Program-made: the position numbers and the translations under genes
In this document: piece by piece, positions 1 to 9,582 of the stretch
Position numbering within the stretch: the stretch's first letter is position 1
Layout: each line of letters begins with the position of its first letter
The notes under the pieces: model-generated
Databases searched by the model: none
Seen by the model: only the letters and a program-made list of their open reading frames with translations
Told to the model about the DNA's origin: nothing
Source of the DNA: a virus
Virus record (IMG/VR): IMGVR_UViG_3300042486_001390
Span: 26,565 to 90,564 of that record
Direction: 5' to 3' (one strand)
DNA: 64,000 bases

Positions 1-237
1 TAAGTAAATGTTAACCATGGCGGCAATCTGACTGACTGTGTCTGATAGTGAATTAATCTCTTCACATTTGACTTTTTGAATCCCTGAATATTTTTTCAGG
101 ATTAACCAGTCTGGCCACTCTTCCCACTCTTCGATAGGCAATCCCCATGCACACCATTTGTAATAGATTTCTTCCCAATTAATGGGGTTAGCGATTGCCT
201 CTAACCGCGCATTAATTGCGTTATCTATTCGTTTTTT
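1..237 (-). CDS. Tail assembly chaperone C-terminal extension (GT-like) reached by -1 frameshift; runs off the window edge
   Basis: The -1 frame after slippery A AAA AAC (231-237) is open to position 1 (KRIDNAINARLEAIANPINWEEIYYKW...) with no early start codon; position is downstream of the tail tube gene. Confidence 0.7.
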
Positions 238-1010
238 TCGTCATCCTCCGTTGGCTCTGATTCTGGTTTTTCAGGCTCTGGTTTCTCAGTTTCTGGGTTT
301 TGCCACTGGGTTATGTCTTGCCAGAGATAGTCTTGATAGAGTCTCACTACCATAAATTGAGACAGATCATTAATGTCTTGTATGGTGAAATCAACAGAAG
401 ACTTATCCTTGAGCTTAACTACGCGGCGAGGGCTTCCAAGAAAGTTAGCTAATAAGGCTTTATTGTAAGTTTCATAGGTTGTTTCCCGATCCTTAAATAA
501 AGCGTTTAATTCATCGAGATAAGGCTCTACAAGTTCTATAGATTCTCTTGTTAGTTCTCTTGTTTTTTTGCGATTATTTAAAATTGATTGCTGCACGATA
601 GCGGCGGTTTCTACTTTTTGTTCTACGCTGTCAGATTTTACGCCGTCAAGGGCATCAACCATGACCTGTTCAATTCGTTCTCGGATCGAACCGTCGTTAA
701 CTACTACTCCTTCAATTTCAGCAGTGGATAACCCTGTTTTTTGCCCGATGGCTTTAATTTTTTCAAGATAAGCTTTGTCAGCTTTTTCCCGTGCCTCTAA
801 ATATTCCTTAACCGACTCGTTTTCTCTTGGATTAATTCCGTATCGTTTTAAAAACTTAATCCCAATTTCCCCATTTTCTTCAGTGGCAATTGTATCTATC
901 TTTTCCAGTAAAGTATCGTTGTCTTCGATATAATAAAGCCACTCTTTTTTTAAAGGGAAAAAGAATGTTTCATTAAATTTCAATTTGCCTAATACGCTTA
1001 ACTTCGCCAT
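225..1010 (-). CDS. Tail assembly chaperone (G-like)
   Basis: 261 aa, acidic C-terminus, two genes downstream of tail tube, ends just after a slippery heptamer. Confidence 0.6.
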   Translation of the reverse strand: MAKLSVLGKLKFNETFFFPLKKEWLYYIEDNDTLLEKIDTIATEENGEIGIKFLKRYGINPRENESVKEYLEAREKADKAYLEKIKAIGQKTGLSTAEIEGVVVNDGSIRERIEQVMVDALDGVKSDSVEQKVETAAIVQQSILNNRKKTRELTRESIELVEPYLDELNALFKDRETTYETYNKALLANFLGSPRRVVKLKDKSSVDFTIQDINDLSQFMVVRLYQDYLWQDITQWQNPETEKPEPEKPESEPTEDDEKNE

Positions 1011-1266
1011 TTATTTTTACCTTTTGATTTCTTTTTGCACTTTGTTCAGTATTGAGCCACAGAGGATCAATGATCACAGATACCTGTATTCTTTCTTGGT
1101 TTTTTGTTCCGTCTGGTGGTTCGATTAATATCTTCTCTTGTTGACTTATTTCTCGATCAAACGTACCGAAAGAAAACCAGAGGTAATTATTGATTATTCT
1201 AGAATTGACTAACATTACCTCTTGGTTTTCATCAACAAGGAGTTTAACTGTTTTAATTGAGATCAT
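973..1266 (-). CDS. Hypothetical tail-module protein
   Basis: 97 aa ORF overlapping both neighbours in the tail operon. Confidence 0.5.
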   Translation of the reverse strand: MISIKTVKLLVDENQEVMLVNSRIINNYLWFSFGTFDREISQQEKILIEPPDGTKNQERIQVSVIIDPLWLNTEQSAKRNQKVKINGEVKRIRQIEI

Positions 1267-1990
1267 CGGCTACATTAGGAGAAAATGGCGACGTTGCCAT
1301 CGGTTTAATGTCAAACACATTGCCACTAATAGTTAGAGTTACGTTTGCTTGTAGGAAATTGCCTTTTTCACCACTAACATTTTGGCTAACATTTGTCTGG
1401 AATGCTAACCCCCCGCGCTGCCCCATATAGACAATTTCAAGGTAAATTCGATCACCTCTTTGCTCTGCAGCTTTTACAATTTCATATCCAGGATCACCAT
1501 GTACAAGCGGACCTGATACCGATCCAGTGCTCATGATCTCAGAGATAAATTTTTCTACCGCCATTTCACCGAAGACAGAATCAGTAACCTCGGTAGAAGA
1601 GGTATCAACGTTGAAGGTCTTGGCGCTCAAAAAAGGAACCCAGGATTTAATTGTGCATTTTTGAGCGGGAGTAGCAAGGGTAGCAGCAATTTTGGAAGGT
1701 TCGATCTGGATTTCTGTCTGGGTTGCTGTCGTCGCTGTTCGGACGATCACGTAATTACCGGCAGTCCCCACATAAATTAAAGTGCCAGCATATAAAATTC
1801 GGCCAAAACCCCCAGTCGCTACGGTAAGAGTGGTATCACCTAAGACGATCGCGGCAGCTAAATCAGCTACTCGTGTGGGAGGTTCCTCTCCAAATCCGTA
1901 AACACCAGAGATAAAAAATTGCGTATCACGGCTAGGGGTGAGGTTGTCACTCCGGTTCAACTCTAAAATCTGATTGGACATTCTAATCAC
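1253..1990 (-). CDS. Major tail tube protein
   Basis: 245 aa, beta-rich, rich in T/S/G; follows the tail terminator-like gene. Confidence 0.65.
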   Translation of the reverse strand: MIRMSNQILELNRSDNLTPSRDTQFFISGVYGFGEEPPTRVADLAAAIVLGDTTLTVATGGFGRILYAGTLIYVGTAGNYVIVRTATTATQTEIQIEPSKIAATLATPAQKCTIKSWVPFLSAKTFNVDTSSTEVTDSVFGEMAVEKFISEIMSTGSVSGPLVHGDPGYEIVKAAEQRGDRIYLEIVYMGQRGGLAFQTNVSQNVSGEKGNFLQANVTLTISGNVFDIKPMATSPFSPNVADDLN

Positions 1991-2043
1991 TGACTAAACT
2001 TTTCTAGTTATATTGTACTATAAAAGATTAGTAAATGTGTACT

Positions 2044-2493
2044 CTAGAAGCCTAAAAGTCTAGCAGTGGTAATTTTAAAGGTCGCTTTTGGTCTGATAAT
2101 CCCTTCGGGGGTTTTGGTATAAGGAGTTAAGTGAGGCTGATCTAGAAAATTCCAGTAGCGAGAAGATTTAAGCCTTTCAATCACTGGTGTTAGGGATTTC
2201 TCTAGATTGTACTGTTTTAGGGTAATGCAATAGTTATTTATACCTACGGTATATCCTAGTAAATTTTCGTGATAAGGATTAGGCTCTCTTTGAATAATTG
2301 CTTCGATGCCGCTATTAGGTTTTACTTTATAGTTAGGGGGTAATTCAGGAGGCTCCACCCAAATAGCGTCTATTTCATTTAATTTTTGCCCTGTAGGGCT
2401 TGTTATTTCGTACTTGCCTAAGTCAATACCGATAAGTATCTTTAAATTGTTTCTAATACCTAATAAAATATCTCTTAATTCTGATTCACTCAT
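2044..2493 (-). CDS. Putative tail terminator/completion protein
   Basis: Size and position between a gp10-like gene and the tail tube gene. Confidence 0.5.
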   Translation of the reverse strand: MSESELRDILLGIRNNLKILIGIDLGKYEITSPTGQKLNEIDAIWVEPPELPPNYKVKPNSGIEAIIQREPNPYHENLLGYTVGINNYCITLKQYNLEKSLTPVIERLKSSRYWNFLDQPHLTPYTKTPEGIIRPKATFKITTARLLGF

Positions 2494-2884
2494 TTAATTT
2501 TTCCTTTAAGATTTCACTATAAGCCTCAATTGGATTATAGTCTTCTATAGCCGTGTCGATAAATGGGCGGGCAGGAACATCTGTCACCGTCCCATCGTTA
2601 CGCTCTATTTGATACCCTTCATGGACAAGAGCGGCATGATCAGCCGTGTAACCGATTACTTTATAAACATCGGATACATCTTCAATAAATTGGCTATTTT
2701 TTAGCTCACCTGTGTCCACAATGTCCCGGGGTGAGCCAACTACACTACCGTTTTGACGCACGGTTTCCCGTGGCCAGTTCCATTTACTATCTTCTATCTG
2801 AAAGTTAATTTCTTGGGCAAACTCGGACACCATTTCCCCAAAAGCTTCAGTAGCTAAGTCTTTTCCTAGATTCCAGTTAATCAT
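2486..2884 (-). CDS. HK97 gp10-like tail completion protein
   Basis: Motifs IVDTGELKNS, AALVHEG and PARPFI are typical of the gp10 family. Confidence 0.75.
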   Translation of the reverse strand: MINWNLGKDLATEAFGEMVSEFAQEINFQIEDSKWNWPRETVRQNGSVVGSPRDIVDTGELKNSQFIEDVSDVYKVIGYTADHAALVHEGYQIERNDGTVTDVPARPFIDTAIEDYNPIEAYSEILKEKLNE

Positions 2885-2988
2885 TAAAAAATAGCTGCAA
2901 GTTATCCTTACAGCTATTATAACAACTTTAGACTATCCGTAATTGGATAGTCGACTCTTATGTCTCGTGGTGAGATATTAATTTATCA

Positions 2989-3345
2989 TTAAAGACTCAA
3001 ACAATCCTTTAAATTTAACGTTTCTCCATCCTTTTTGAATTTTGAGAAAAGTTGTAACTCACCGTTAATACGTTTTGTGGTTTGTTTATCAATAGTTCCT
3101 ATGCCTTGAGTTAAGGAATCCGAAAAAGTCTTACAGTCTTGCGTGTAAGTTTTTTGAATAAACCACTGCCCGCAATTGCAGTCTTTCTCGTCTATTATGT
3201 ATTTTATCTGAAAAAATACCCATTCTACGCCATGATAATTAATATTTGCCGAGAAATCTGAGTAACTCTTCCAAAACTTACACTCTCTTTCACTTGGACT
3301 AAAAACGTTTAGAACTTGTTCTTGAAACTCTTGAAATGATAGCAT
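2989..3345 (-). CDS. Hypothetical protein
   Basis: 118 aa ORF with GGGAG RBS. Confidence 0.55.
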   Translation of the reverse strand: MLSFQEFQEQVLNVFSPSERECKFWKSYSDFSANINYHGVEWVFFQIKYIIDEKDCNCGQWFIQKTYTQDCKTFSDSLTQGIGTIDKQTTKRINGELQLFSKFKKDGETLNLKDCLSL

Positions 3346-3364
3346 AATTACTCCCGTTGATTCA

Positions 3365-3595
3365 CTACTTTAGTTTAATAACTTGACCAGTCTCCAAACA
3401 CATAGCTTCAAAATACAATAACTTGTCTCGTTGATTGTAATACTCAAAAATTTTGGTAACATCTTCTTCTGTATTTATATTGGAAAAATACTGTTGAGGT
3501 ATTCCTTCTTTGTTGTATATAATGGCCCCGGTAGTAAAAGTTTGGTTTTTAGGATTGCCATCTTTATCTTCTTCTGCAAAGATTAATTGAAACAT
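3365..3595 (-). CDS. Hypothetical protein
   Basis: 76 aa ORF with AGAGG RBS. Confidence 0.55.
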   Translation of the reverse strand: MFQLIFAEEDKDGNPKNQTFTTGAIIYNKEGIPQQYFSNINTEEDVTKIFEYYNQRDKLLYFEAMCLETGQVIKLK

Positions 3596-3652
3596 AATTA
3601 CCTCTGTTGATTTGTGGTTAATAACTGATAACTGATAACTAAAATTACTCGG

Positions 3653-4423
3653 CTAATTGTCGCAGACTACCCGAAAACCATTATCGTAGTAGCGGTAGTC
3701 GCGACGGTCTTCGTAGCAGCGGTAAGCGGAACGGCAGTAAATCGGATAGTTGTACCAGGAACCACCCCGCAGACAACTATCTTTGCACCACTCCCAAACA
3801 TTACCATTCATGTCATATAGTCCCCAACCATTGGGCTTTTTCTGTCCTACGGGATGAGTTGTGTTATTAGAATTTCCGTCATACCAAGCATAATCTCCTA
3901 ACTGATTGACATCATCACCAAAATAATAGCGAGTGGTTGTCCCCGCACGACAAGCATATTCCCATTCCGCTTCTGTGGGTAGGCGATAGGTTTTCCCGGT
4001 TATTTGACTCAATTTCTGACAAAAGGCTTGAGCATCGTCCCAACTAACCTTTTCTACGGGATTTTGGGGATTATTTTTGAAGTAAGAAGGATTGGTTTCC
4101 ATTACCGCTTCATATTGTGCCTGAGTAATGGGATATTTTCCAATCTTAAAACTGTTGACTTTAACTTGGTGTTGAGGATTTTCATCATCACTAGCATCGG
4201 GATCACTATCAGGAGATCCCATGAGAAACTCACCTGCTGGTAAGCTTACCATTTCTAATGCGATTTGATTGGGTAGTTTTTCGGTCATCGTGAACTCCTT
4301 ACTCCTAAATGTTTTGTGTTCTAAACCCGCAAGTTTAGCTAACTCAACCAGATCATCTGTATCTGCATTAGCAAGACGCAGGTATAGTTCTTCAACTTCT
4401 CGAATAAAATCTGCATCACTCAT
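3653..4423 (-). CDS. FGE-sulfatase (SUMF1/CLec-fold) protein with DGR-like variable C-terminus
   Basis: Motifs FLMGS, YPITQAQY, RLPTEAEWEYACRAGT, GLYDMNGNVWEWC, RGGSW...GFRVV. Confidence 0.9.
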   Translation of the reverse strand: MSDADFIREVEELYLRLANADTDDLVELAKLAGLEHKTFRSKEFTMTEKLPNQIALEMVSLPAGEFLMGSPDSDPDASDDENPQHQVKVNSFKIGKYPITQAQYEAVMETNPSYFKNNPQNPVEKVSWDDAQAFCQKLSQITGKTYRLPTEAEWEYACRAGTTTRYYFGDDVNQLGDYAWYDGNSNNTTHPVGQKKPNGWGLYDMNGNVWEWCKDSCLRGGSWYNYPIYCRSAYRCYEDRRDYRYYDNGFRVVCDN

Positions 4424-4484
4424 TTTGTTAGTCCTAAATAGTTGATGATGATAATCAATAACTGATAACTAAACTATCACTTTA

Positions 4485-4679
4485 TTAACTGTTAACAAAC
4501 TGTTTATCTAGAAACTGTTTATCTAGATCGGCAAGCTGTTTATCTAGCTTTGCCCGCTTGTCGAGCAAATACTCATAGACTAATGAACATTCTTCGATAT
4601 GTCCCGCTTTTCTTAAGTCAATTAGCTGGCACTGGACGCAAAATAGCTCATGGTATGCGATTCGCTCTTGGTCGGTCAT
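4485..4679 (-). CDS. Hypothetical protein with its own promoter
   Basis: 64 aa ORF directly downstream of the repeated promoter/RBS block. Confidence 0.6.
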   Translation of the reverse strand: MTDQERIAYHELFCVQCQLIDLRKAGHIEECSLVYEYLLDKRAKLDKQLADLDKQFLDKQFVNS

Positions 4680-4750
4680 CGTAGTAACCTCTTTGTGTGT
4701 TTTGGTATATACCCAATATAACAGGTATATGTTTTCGTGTCAAGGGGTTT
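4676..4750 (-). promoter_or_regulatory. 75-bp promoter/RBS block, identical to 5942-6016
   Basis: Minus strand TTGACA-N17-TATATT with extended -10 TG, then AGAGG RBS and ATG; exact second copy at 5942-6016, diverged copy at ~5195-5265. Confidence 0.85.
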
Positions 4751-4940
4751 TTGTTTTTTTCAACCGATAACGACGACATCTTTCGGCGTTAGTCATTGAA
4801 TCAGGGTGGGAGGGTTTTCCTGCTGGATTACCAGTAAAGTGGTAATTGCAGTCTTTACAGCGATAACGCTGCTTTCCTGACACAGAGAACCCTTTTTTAG
4901 AGATTCTCTGTGATTGACATTTAGGACATTGCATTGTCAT
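4740..4940 (-). CDS. InsA-like zinc-ribbon small DNA-binding protein
   Basis: CPKC...GKQRYRCKDC zinc ribbon followed by TNAERCRRYR; no transposase catalytic domain. Confidence 0.65.
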   Translation of the reverse strand: MTMQCPKCQSQRISKKGFSVSGKQRYRCKDCNYHFTGNPAGKPSHPDSMTNAERCRRYRLKKTKTP

Positions 4941-5191
4941 TTAATGATAAATGATAGATGAGAATACTGTAACAGTAGATCAATCCATTGATCTTTGGTG
5001 TAACTTAACGGCTTCTCGTTAATGGTTGAAGTAGTTAGTCCTATAGCACTTGCAAGTGCTACTAATTCAGTAGATTTTAGCTTTTTAAGACTTTTTTCTG
5101 CTTTAACATATAGTTGTTCGTGTTCGTGAGAACCAATAGTGACATTTTTGAATTTTTGAGCAAATTCCTTTAATGTGTTTAACCCGTTCAT
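4937..5191 (-). CDS. Hypothetical protein, Rho-N/SAP-like helix-extended-helix
   Basis: LKKLKSTELVALASAIGL...TKDQWIDLL pattern. Confidence 0.45.
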   Translation of the reverse strand: MNGLNTLKEFAQKFKNVTIGSHEHEQLYVKAEKSLKKLKSTELVALASAIGLTTSTINEKPLSYTKDQWIDLLLQYSHLSFIIK

Positions 5192-5276
5192 CTGTTTAAC
5201 TCTTTTGTGTTTGTTTTTCTATATCCCCATTGTAGGGGATATGTTTTATGTCGTCAAGGGGTTTGGAAAATATTTT

Positions 5277-5945
5277 TCAAATAACCCCGTAGTCTGACAA
5301 TGCAAATACTGACTCCATGTCTCCTTTTTTTGCTTTTGCTTTTGCTTCTTTGACAACTTTCAAATCAGCTAAGTTTCTTTCTCTCATTTTGTCATCCATT
5401 TTGCGATAAGCTTTTTCGGCTTCTTTGAAACTTTTAAAGACCGAAATGCTACCCCATACTTCGGTCTGATAGCAATCTTGGAATAAACCAGATTGTAAAT
5501 CTTTTTTAATTTTAAAGATAATTCTCTCGAAAATGGTGTCGGTAACAGCACCTTCAAAACCGACTACATAAAAAGATTTTCCATTAACAGATAAATGTGC
5601 TATACAAGCGGCGCGTCCAGTATTGACACAGCCTAACGATTCCACTCCTACCACATAACTTAGGTGGCGAGATAACTTGTGTTGTAAAGACTGTTCTTTA
5701 CTGGTCGTCGCTTGTTTTTTGACAGTCTTAACTTGATTGACATTGACTGTGACTTTATATGTCTGTAGTTTTTCCATATATTTTTCTGACCAAGCCTTAG
5801 CCGCTTCATAGCTACGGCGGTAAGATACTTTATCATCAGGAAAATAACAGAACCACTTATCTTGATCAATTCCCACACCTTTTTTAATTTCAACTTTTTC
5901 TGCTGTTGCAACGTAGTGACCAGGTGCTTGTCTGTTAAATTTCAT
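5277..5945 (-). CDS. Hypothetical protein with its own promoter
   Basis: 222 aa ORF behind the repeated promoter block. Confidence 0.65.
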   Translation of the reverse strand: MKFNRQAPGHYVATAEKVEIKKGVGIDQDKWFCYFPDDKVSYRRSYEAAKAWSEKYMEKLQTYKVTVNVNQVKTVKKQATTSKEQSLQHKLSRHLSYVVGVESLGCVNTGRAACIAHLSVNGKSFYVVGFEGAVTDTIFERIIFKIKKDLQSGLFQDCYQTEVWGSISVFKSFKEAEKAYRKMDDKMRERNLADLKVVKEAKAKAKKGDMESVFALSDYGVI

Positions 5946-6016
5946 CGTAGTAACCTCTTTGTGTGTTTTGGTATATACCCAATATAACAGGTATATGTTT
6001 TCGTGTCAAGGGGTTT
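5942..6016 (-). promoter_or_regulatory. Second copy of the 75-bp promoter/RBS block
   Basis: Identical to 4676-4750. Confidence 0.85.
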
Positions 6017-6145
6017 AAGAAATATTTCTTAAACCCTGATGAGACTAGCTAAGATACATATTCACCAAATTAAAGATAGGTGGGATTAATAGCCTGAGTG
6101 GACAAATAACACCGTTATTTGTCCACTCAATAACGTTACCACTCC

Positions 6146-6388
6146 TCATCCACTCAACATGACAGAACGTACACATTGCAAAGTGAATAATGGTGCAGAA
6201 TTTACTTGGCTTTTTGCATACAAACACAGGAAGCTGTCAGCATAACTACCACAAGTGTAGTTAGGATCAGTAGTGATCCAGTTCCAGTGGTGTTCAATAC
6301 CTGCAACAGCTGCAGGCAGTGTATTGTACTGCCCAATTTCTAGAGATTGGTTGGTAGCGTCATTTTGCCATTCTATGTAAAAAGCCAT
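6146..6388 (-). CDS. Hypothetical protein with its own promoter
   Basis: 80 aa, AGAGGA RBS. Confidence 0.6.
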   Translation of the reverse strand: MAFYIEWQNDATNQSLEIGQYNTLPAAVAGIEHHWNWITTDPNYTCGSYADSFLCLYAKSQVNSAPLFTLQCVRSVMLSG

Positions 6389-6490
6389 AACTTTGTCCTC
6401 TTGTGTTTTGTTTGCTTGATTCTATCTTATGATATTCTCCCATAAATGTCAACTATCTGGGAGAATCTTTCTTGAACAAGTGTACTACTG
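6389..6490 (-). promoter_or_regulatory. Sigma70 promoter with ATTCTCCCA-N15-TGGGAGAAT operator
   Basis: TTGACA-N17-TAAGAT; the inverted repeat at 6434-6466 straddles the -35 box. Confidence 0.8.
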
Positions 6491-6508
6491 ACAACTGATA
6501 ACTAGAAG

Positions 6509-7441
6509 CTAACTAATCTCTAAGTCGTTAGCGTCAGCAAAGTCATAGATGTCCATGTACCAGTCTGACCATTCATCAGGGTCAGACAAATTGACTTTAT
6601 CGACTGACCACCGTGCAGTCTGTAAATATAAGCCTGCTTTCCACTTATCAGGATATGGTTGCTTTGCTTTCTCAGCATCGGTAGGGGTGAGGATAAACTG
6701 GAGAATATTTCCGTTCCATTTACCTTTTTTGATATTGTAAAAGCAAAACAAGGCATCAATTAAGTCGTCGCACTCTTGCTGGTAATCAGCAAAGTTTTCT
6801 GGCAGTTTAAACTTAGATTTTTTAGCCGTCGGTTTTTTATCTGATTTAGGTTCTGGTTTGTCTTCTAATTGACTGCTTTTTAATTGCTTATTTTCCTGTT
6901 CCAGTTGATAAATACGAGCCGTCAAGTGGTTAATAATCTCAGATCCTTCTTTATTCTCACGCTGTCTGAAATTGTGCATCTCTTCAAGAGATTGAGTCAA
7001 TTCAAGATTTTCCCATTTCAGTCTTTGAGCTAAATTAGTTAATTGCCGATTTTTTTCCCATAATTCCTCATTTGAAATAGAGTCCTTGGTAATTACAGGT
7101 TCACCTAACAACCAATCAACGAGAGCAACCTGTCTTTTTTCAGAGACTGATAACTCGTTATCAGTCTTTAACTCATTTTCTGGAAGGGTGTATTTGCAAT
7201 GATCTAAATAGTCCCACAAATTATCAAAGCCATCACAGTCACCCTGATCATAGTTTTCTAGTTTGTCCCAAAGCTTTTGGGTGTCATAGTAACCAACAAA
7301 TAGCCCTTGCGTGTGGACCGTAACACAATCACCGTTATCAGTGACTGACAATTTTTCTCCGAAACACTCTTGGCTAATTTGATTGAGGGTGCTTTGGAGA
7401 AGCCTGATAACTGTATCTCTTTTGTGCCATTCGATAGACAT
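6509..7441 (-). CDS. Hypothetical coiled-coil protein
   Basis: 310 aa with a central heptad region. Confidence 0.7.
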   Translation of the reverse strand: MSIEWHKRDTVIRLLQSTLNQISQECFGEKLSVTDNGDCVTVHTQGLFVGYYDTQKLWDKLENYDQGDCDGFDNLWDYLDHCKYTLPENELKTDNELSVSEKRQVALVDWLLGEPVITKDSISNEELWEKNRQLTNLAQRLKWENLELTQSLEEMHNFRQRENKEGSEIINHLTARIYQLEQENKQLKSSQLEDKPEPKSDKKPTAKKSKFKLPENFADYQQECDDLIDALFCFYNIKKGKWNGNILQFILTPTDAEKAKQPYPDKWKAGLYLQTARWSVDKVNLSDPDEWSDWYMDIYDFADANDLEIS

Positions 7442-7545
7442 GACTTAGTACCTTGTGTGTTTTGTTTGCCTAGATTTATCTTACAATATTCTCCCAATAA
7501 TATCAAGTATGTGGGAGAATTATTTCTGAGCAGATGTACTACGTC
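7442..7545 (-). promoter_or_regulatory. Sigma70 promoter with the same operator
   Basis: TTGATA-N17-TAAGAT; inverted repeat at 7488-7520. Confidence 0.8.
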
Positions 7546-7891
7546 TTTTTTTGTAGCGTTGGTGTTGATCCTGTTTTCGTTTAGGATCAAGTTCTCGATG
7601 TTCTAAACAATACCCAGAATTGTTTCTGGTATTAAGTGCCGTAAATTTACCCAAAACTAGGCAAGCAACGCAGTATTTGGTTTTAGGGATACTTATCTCT
7701 ACAGAGAAATTAATCCCTTTTATTTCAGGCTGTTTATCACAGATTAAAGCTACTCTTGTTAGGGCTATGCCCGACAAAGAGTAGTCTTGTAGCTTAACAA
7801 GATTTAAGTTAGTGTCGATATTGTCAATTTTTTGAATAGAAGATTTTAAAATTTTAAAATCTTCTGATTTAAGGGACAAGATTAGAATCAT
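7520..7891 (-). CDS. Hypothetical protein with Cys/His zinc-finger-like motif
   Basis: CVAC...GYCLEH plus a basic tail. Confidence 0.55.
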   Translation of the reverse strand: MILILSLKSEDFKILKSSIQKIDNIDTNLNLVKLQDYSLSGIALTRVALICDKQPEIKGINFSVEISIPKTKYCVACLVLGKFTALNTRNNSGYCLEHRELDPKRKQDQHQRYKKRRSTSAQK

Positions 7892-8001
7892 GGCAAATAC
7901 GCTGTCAATAGATTAAATTAAGCAGTTTAGTGACTTGCTTAGGTCACTGAATTTTAGATAATATAAACAAGCCTTCGGACTTGCTTGGTTCACCTTCTCT
8001 A

Positions 8002-8202
8002 TTAAAAATAGATATGGTCTGTCAGTGCATTTAGGGACTTTTGTTGTTCCCATGTTAGGGTAATTTCTTTTTTGAGCTTTAACTGCTCAATAGCTGATTC
8101 TACTTTTAGAATTTCTATAACAATTTTAGCTTTGGCACGATTGCCTTTAGTAATCTTAAGTTGAGCTTCCAATCGAGCCAGTTTAGTTTGCAATGTGTTC
8201 AT
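8002..8202 (-). CDS. Hypothetical protein; N-terminus paralogous to 10345..10806
   Basis: MNTLQTKLARLEAQL versus MNNLQSKLARLNAQL. Confidence 0.7.
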   Translation of the reverse strand: MNTLQTKLARLEAQLKITKGNRAKAKIVIEILKVESAIEQLKLKKEITLTWEQQKSLNALTDHIYF

Positions 8203-8300
8203 GCCGTCGTTCTGTCTCTTGTTTGCCTAGTCTTATCTTACAAAATTCTCCCAATAAAGTCAAGTATGTGGGTCAATCTTTTTTCTGAACGTTTGTACTA
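8203..8300 (-). promoter_or_regulatory. Sigma70 promoter with a partly degenerate operator
   Basis: TTGACT-N17-TAAGAT; ATTCTCCCA...TGGGTCAAT. Confidence 0.75.
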
Positions 8301-8311
8301 AGTATATTTAC

Positions 8312-8776
8312 TTGTTATCATTGTAGATACATTGTAGATAGGGTGATCTACAACCGAAACCGTTACCCTGTAAAGGTTCTAGACTTTGTTGATAATGTCG
8401 ATGTCTTATAAAGGAAAAAGATAAAAGAATAAACCAGACTGGACAATAAAAAGACTGCGAGAGATAACTAAGTTCAGCAGTAGAAAGAAAAAACCAAAGT
8501 CAGCAATAAATCTGTTAGTTTGTAGATAGATTGTAGATAAGGTTATTTACAATCGAAAGCCTTATAGGGTATAGATTTCAAGGTTTGTTTATCTTGTCGA
8601 CACTCTATACAGAGAGAGAAAAGATAGGGAGAAATAAACGAACTGGACAATAAGAGAAGGATAAAAAATCCTGACACAGGGAAATAGAGTAACAATATAA
8701 ACAAAGTCTAGAACCTATATATATCAATGCTTTTTGTTGTTGATCACCTTATCTACAATCTATTTACAAACTAACA
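8312..8776. repeat. Cluster of three multi-box 'arm' elements; 8513-8776 has 30-bp terminal inverted repeats
   Basis: TGTTAGTTTGTAGATAGATTGTAGATAAGG ... CCTTATCTACAATCTATTTACAAACTAACA (1 mismatch); a further arm at ~8312-8410. Confidence 0.85.
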
Positions 8777-8827
8777 AACTATAGCCCCCCTATGGGTCCA
8801 TAGGGGGTTTATCTTGAATGTCGGGGT

Positions 8828-8860
8828 GAAGACCCTCGCTTTTAGCGATGGGAGTGTCAA
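8828..8860 (+). mobile_element. IS200/IS605-family end remnant
   Basis: GAAGACCCTCGCTTTTAGCGATGGGAGTGTCAA: subterminal hairpin ending in TCAA. Confidence 0.6.
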
Positions 8861-8876
8861 ATGGGTTTAGGTATTT

Positions 8877-9582
8877 TTACCGTTTTTTGTCGTTTCTCAT
8901 AAGCATTCGACCGCCTCGCCATCCCCGTGCTTTTTCTCGTTCGGTTTCGAGTAGGTTAAATTTAGCTATATCGCGCTCTTTTTCGGCGTGTAATTCTTCG
9001 ATCACTAGCCGCTTATAGTCAAGCATCGAGTTTTTGCTGCTAAAGTCAGCGATCATAGTCTTTTGAGTTTTGATCAACTCCTCTAGTATTTGCTTCTCTT
9101 CGCTTAGTTTGACGATTTGGCTCTCAAGTTTGCCTTACCTCTGTAATTGCCTCGCTCTTGACGCGAAAACCAGCTAATGCGTGAAGGAATAATCGGACTC
9201 CTAGCTTAAGCACTTGAGAGGCTAACTCAGGATTATCCTTTGGCAACCACTTACAGATTAGGTCTTCTGGGATTAGATAAACCCCTTGCAACCCGCCCTC
9301 TGTTTGAATTTGAGCCTGTTTTAGCAATCCTAATCCTAACCCCATTGTGTTACCCCCTTGTAACCCGCTCCCTGTTTGAATTTGAGGGCGATTTGGAGAT
9401 TCAGAAGTTACCCCCTTGCTATCTTCTTTAAATAGCCGGTTTAACCGCATAGTGATAGCGTTGTGGCTTTTCCCGGACATACGAGCATATCCTTTGATTG
9501 AGGCAAAGCTTTCACCGGTCTGAGTGTCGATAATTAATTCAATACCGTCGTGATCAAAACGTTGTAAAATTAGATCAGCCAT
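8877..9582 (-). pseudogene. Antirepressor/KilA-like DNA-binding protein split by a frameshift near 9130
   Basis: N-terminal DGIELIIDTQTGESFASIKGYARMSG; the alternative frame LESQIVKLSEEKQ... is open into ORF 8877..9077. Confidence 0.55.

Noticed and set aside
4740-4940. IS1 transposase
   Set aside because: Only the zinc ribbon is present; no InsB domain or terminal inverted repeats.
6011-6050. CTGATGAG after a 26-bp perfect palindrome, as a second hammerhead
   Set aside because: No properly placed GAAA or stems; the palindrome is better read as a terminator or operator.
8513-8776. Tn7/Mu-type MITE insertion
   Set aside because: TGT...ACA ends are present but no target-site duplication is visible and arms also occur unpaired; kept as an unexplained repeat.
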